NCBI RefSeq assembly: GCF_006345805.1
Contig: NC_043004.1
Span: 39,866,001-39,930,000, forward strand
Direction of reading: 5' to 3'
DNA: 64,000 nucleotides
Source of the DNA: Octopus sinensis
Lineage: Eukaryota
Position numbers and translations under genes: made by a program. The notes under the pieces are model-generated. The model searched no databases. It was given only the letters and a program-made list of their open reading frames with translations, and was not told the DNA's origin. This document shows, one piece after another, positions 62,461 through 64,000 of this stretch. Position 1 is the stretch's first letter; each line of letters opens with the position of its first letter.

Positions 62461-64000
62461 ACAATGAATATATGTATGTATATTGCCACTGCTTCAGATC
62501 ATTTAGAAGACAGAAACCTTTTACATTATTAATAACAGTAGTTAAACCAAACCAAATCAATTTTGGTCCTCAAACAAACAAACAAAAGGTTAACAGAATG
62601 AGACTAAACATGACAGGCAAGAAATTTTGCAACTGAAGTAGAAGCTAAACTGTAAAAAAACAAACTCTGTTAAACAAATGGAAACAAAACAACCATCTCA
62701 CCAAATACTTCAGCTGGCTCAGACACACAACCACATGCCGAGTGAGACAATGATACAGTGCTGGTCAGATAAAAAATCTAAGGTGTGTTGTTATGGTGTG
62801 TACTCAGCCGTAACAGATGGAAAGTATTTCATTTAATTACTAACATGACTGATGAATGGAGAGTAGAATCATGTAAAGAAATGTAAATAATAATAATAAT
62901 GGCTTCTTTTAGCTGCCAGAGAAGCAATGGATGAGGGGACATTACAAGGACAAATTACAAAAGCAGAAACATAAATCATGATAATTCTAGCAGAAGCTAA
63001 CTGCCAAAAAAAAAAAAAAATTATAGATAAAAAATCAAAAAAAATCAAATAGAAACGTAACATTACTTAGGTGCTGCAATGTGTTGCAAACCAGACAATA
63101 TGCTTGTGTGGTTAATTCTACATGCATGAGAAGAGATATATCAATTATCTAATGAAAAGGTCGCACATACAGATAGAAAGAGAGGAAGACACAAGCAAGC
63201 TCATAAATAAATATATACATACATACATACACAGTACTAATTTCAAATAAAGTAGATAAGGAAGCTACTACTACTACTGATAAAGCTCCAGCTACTATTA
63301 CTATGACATACCACACATATTTTTGACTAATCAACAACTGCAGAGCATAAGGCACTAGATGAGTGAACCAAAGAGGCCACAGTTCAATCCCAACTAGTGA
63401 CCAGATAATATTACATAATCCCAGTCAGAACAATTCAACTAATAACTAATAACTATTTGCTTTATTGTCTAGGTCTTCCCTTTCTTCTAGTTTGATTACA
63501 AGAGTGCATATCTAAGTGGGTTACTTGGGAGTCCTGTTGCTCAGCCTGCACGAAATAGCAGCCAAAGCTTCTTCAAATCATATGGTCTTAAGAAAAAGAA
63601 TGGACACAGTATATCTAGGACAACATAATAGAAAGTCTTAAAATAAGATGATATGGCCACTACTAGAATGCCTTAGATCTATATTCCAGCCAATCTAACT
63701 TTAAAAGCCTAGAACTTTGGCCAAAATCCTCCCGTCCAACATTGAGCTATGATCAAGCTAGATTACAATGATTCCTTATTTCACTCCCAGAATGGTTGGG
63801 AATTAAGATGTTTGCTTTGCAATAGTGAGTTCAAGTTTGCCATAGTAATTTTTGGTTCAGTTCCAGCATGCAGTTCCCTGGTCAATCTAGACCCCAAGTG
63901 AATGCTGGTAAACAGAAGCAAGGTGGAAACTGGCCAGAAAGAGAGAGATTGTCTTTGTTCTTGGGTAGTTGTCTTAAACCATGGCCTGGGTTAACAACAC

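Noticed and set aside
1-64000. Apparent A>T excess on the plus strand, implying minus-strand transcription across the window
   Set aside because: Impression only. A sliding-window skew on repeat-masked sequence would be needed and was not computed.

Overview
AT-rich, microsatellite- and retroposon-dense eukaryotic DNA. The SINE and RTE-tail families, (TA)n/(CA)n/(ATC)n load and TTAGGG-containing element point to an octopod (Octopus-like) genome; this is from pattern recognition, not a database search. One protein-coding gene is securely supported: a minus-strand heterotrimeric G-protein gamma subunit (Drosophila Ggamma1-like, CAAX = CTIL). Its whole CDS lies in one exon (14221-14433), just behind a 3' splice site. 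The rest is mostly tRNA-derived SINEs, RTE-type 3' tails, CR1/Jockey-like LINE ends, Penelope-like element (PLE) remnants, two non-autonomous Helitrons, piggyBac- and hAT-type MITEs and simple repeats. Most interesting: (i) several PLE-associated type I hammerhead ribozyme folds of different architectures, including a twin U3-A8 compensatory variant inside a ~200-bp near-perfect inverted repeat and a canonical-core one with a multibranched stem II; (ii) eight CCAAT boxes phased at ~31 bp just downstream of the G-gamma stop; (iii) a 160-bp inverted duplication of local sequence; (iv) two Helitrons with a shared 5' half and different 3' halves, one ending in the RepHel C-terminus; (v) a speculative in-frame three-exon minus-strand ORF. 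No CRISPR array, rRNA or true tRNA gene is supported. Repeat boundaries are approximate.
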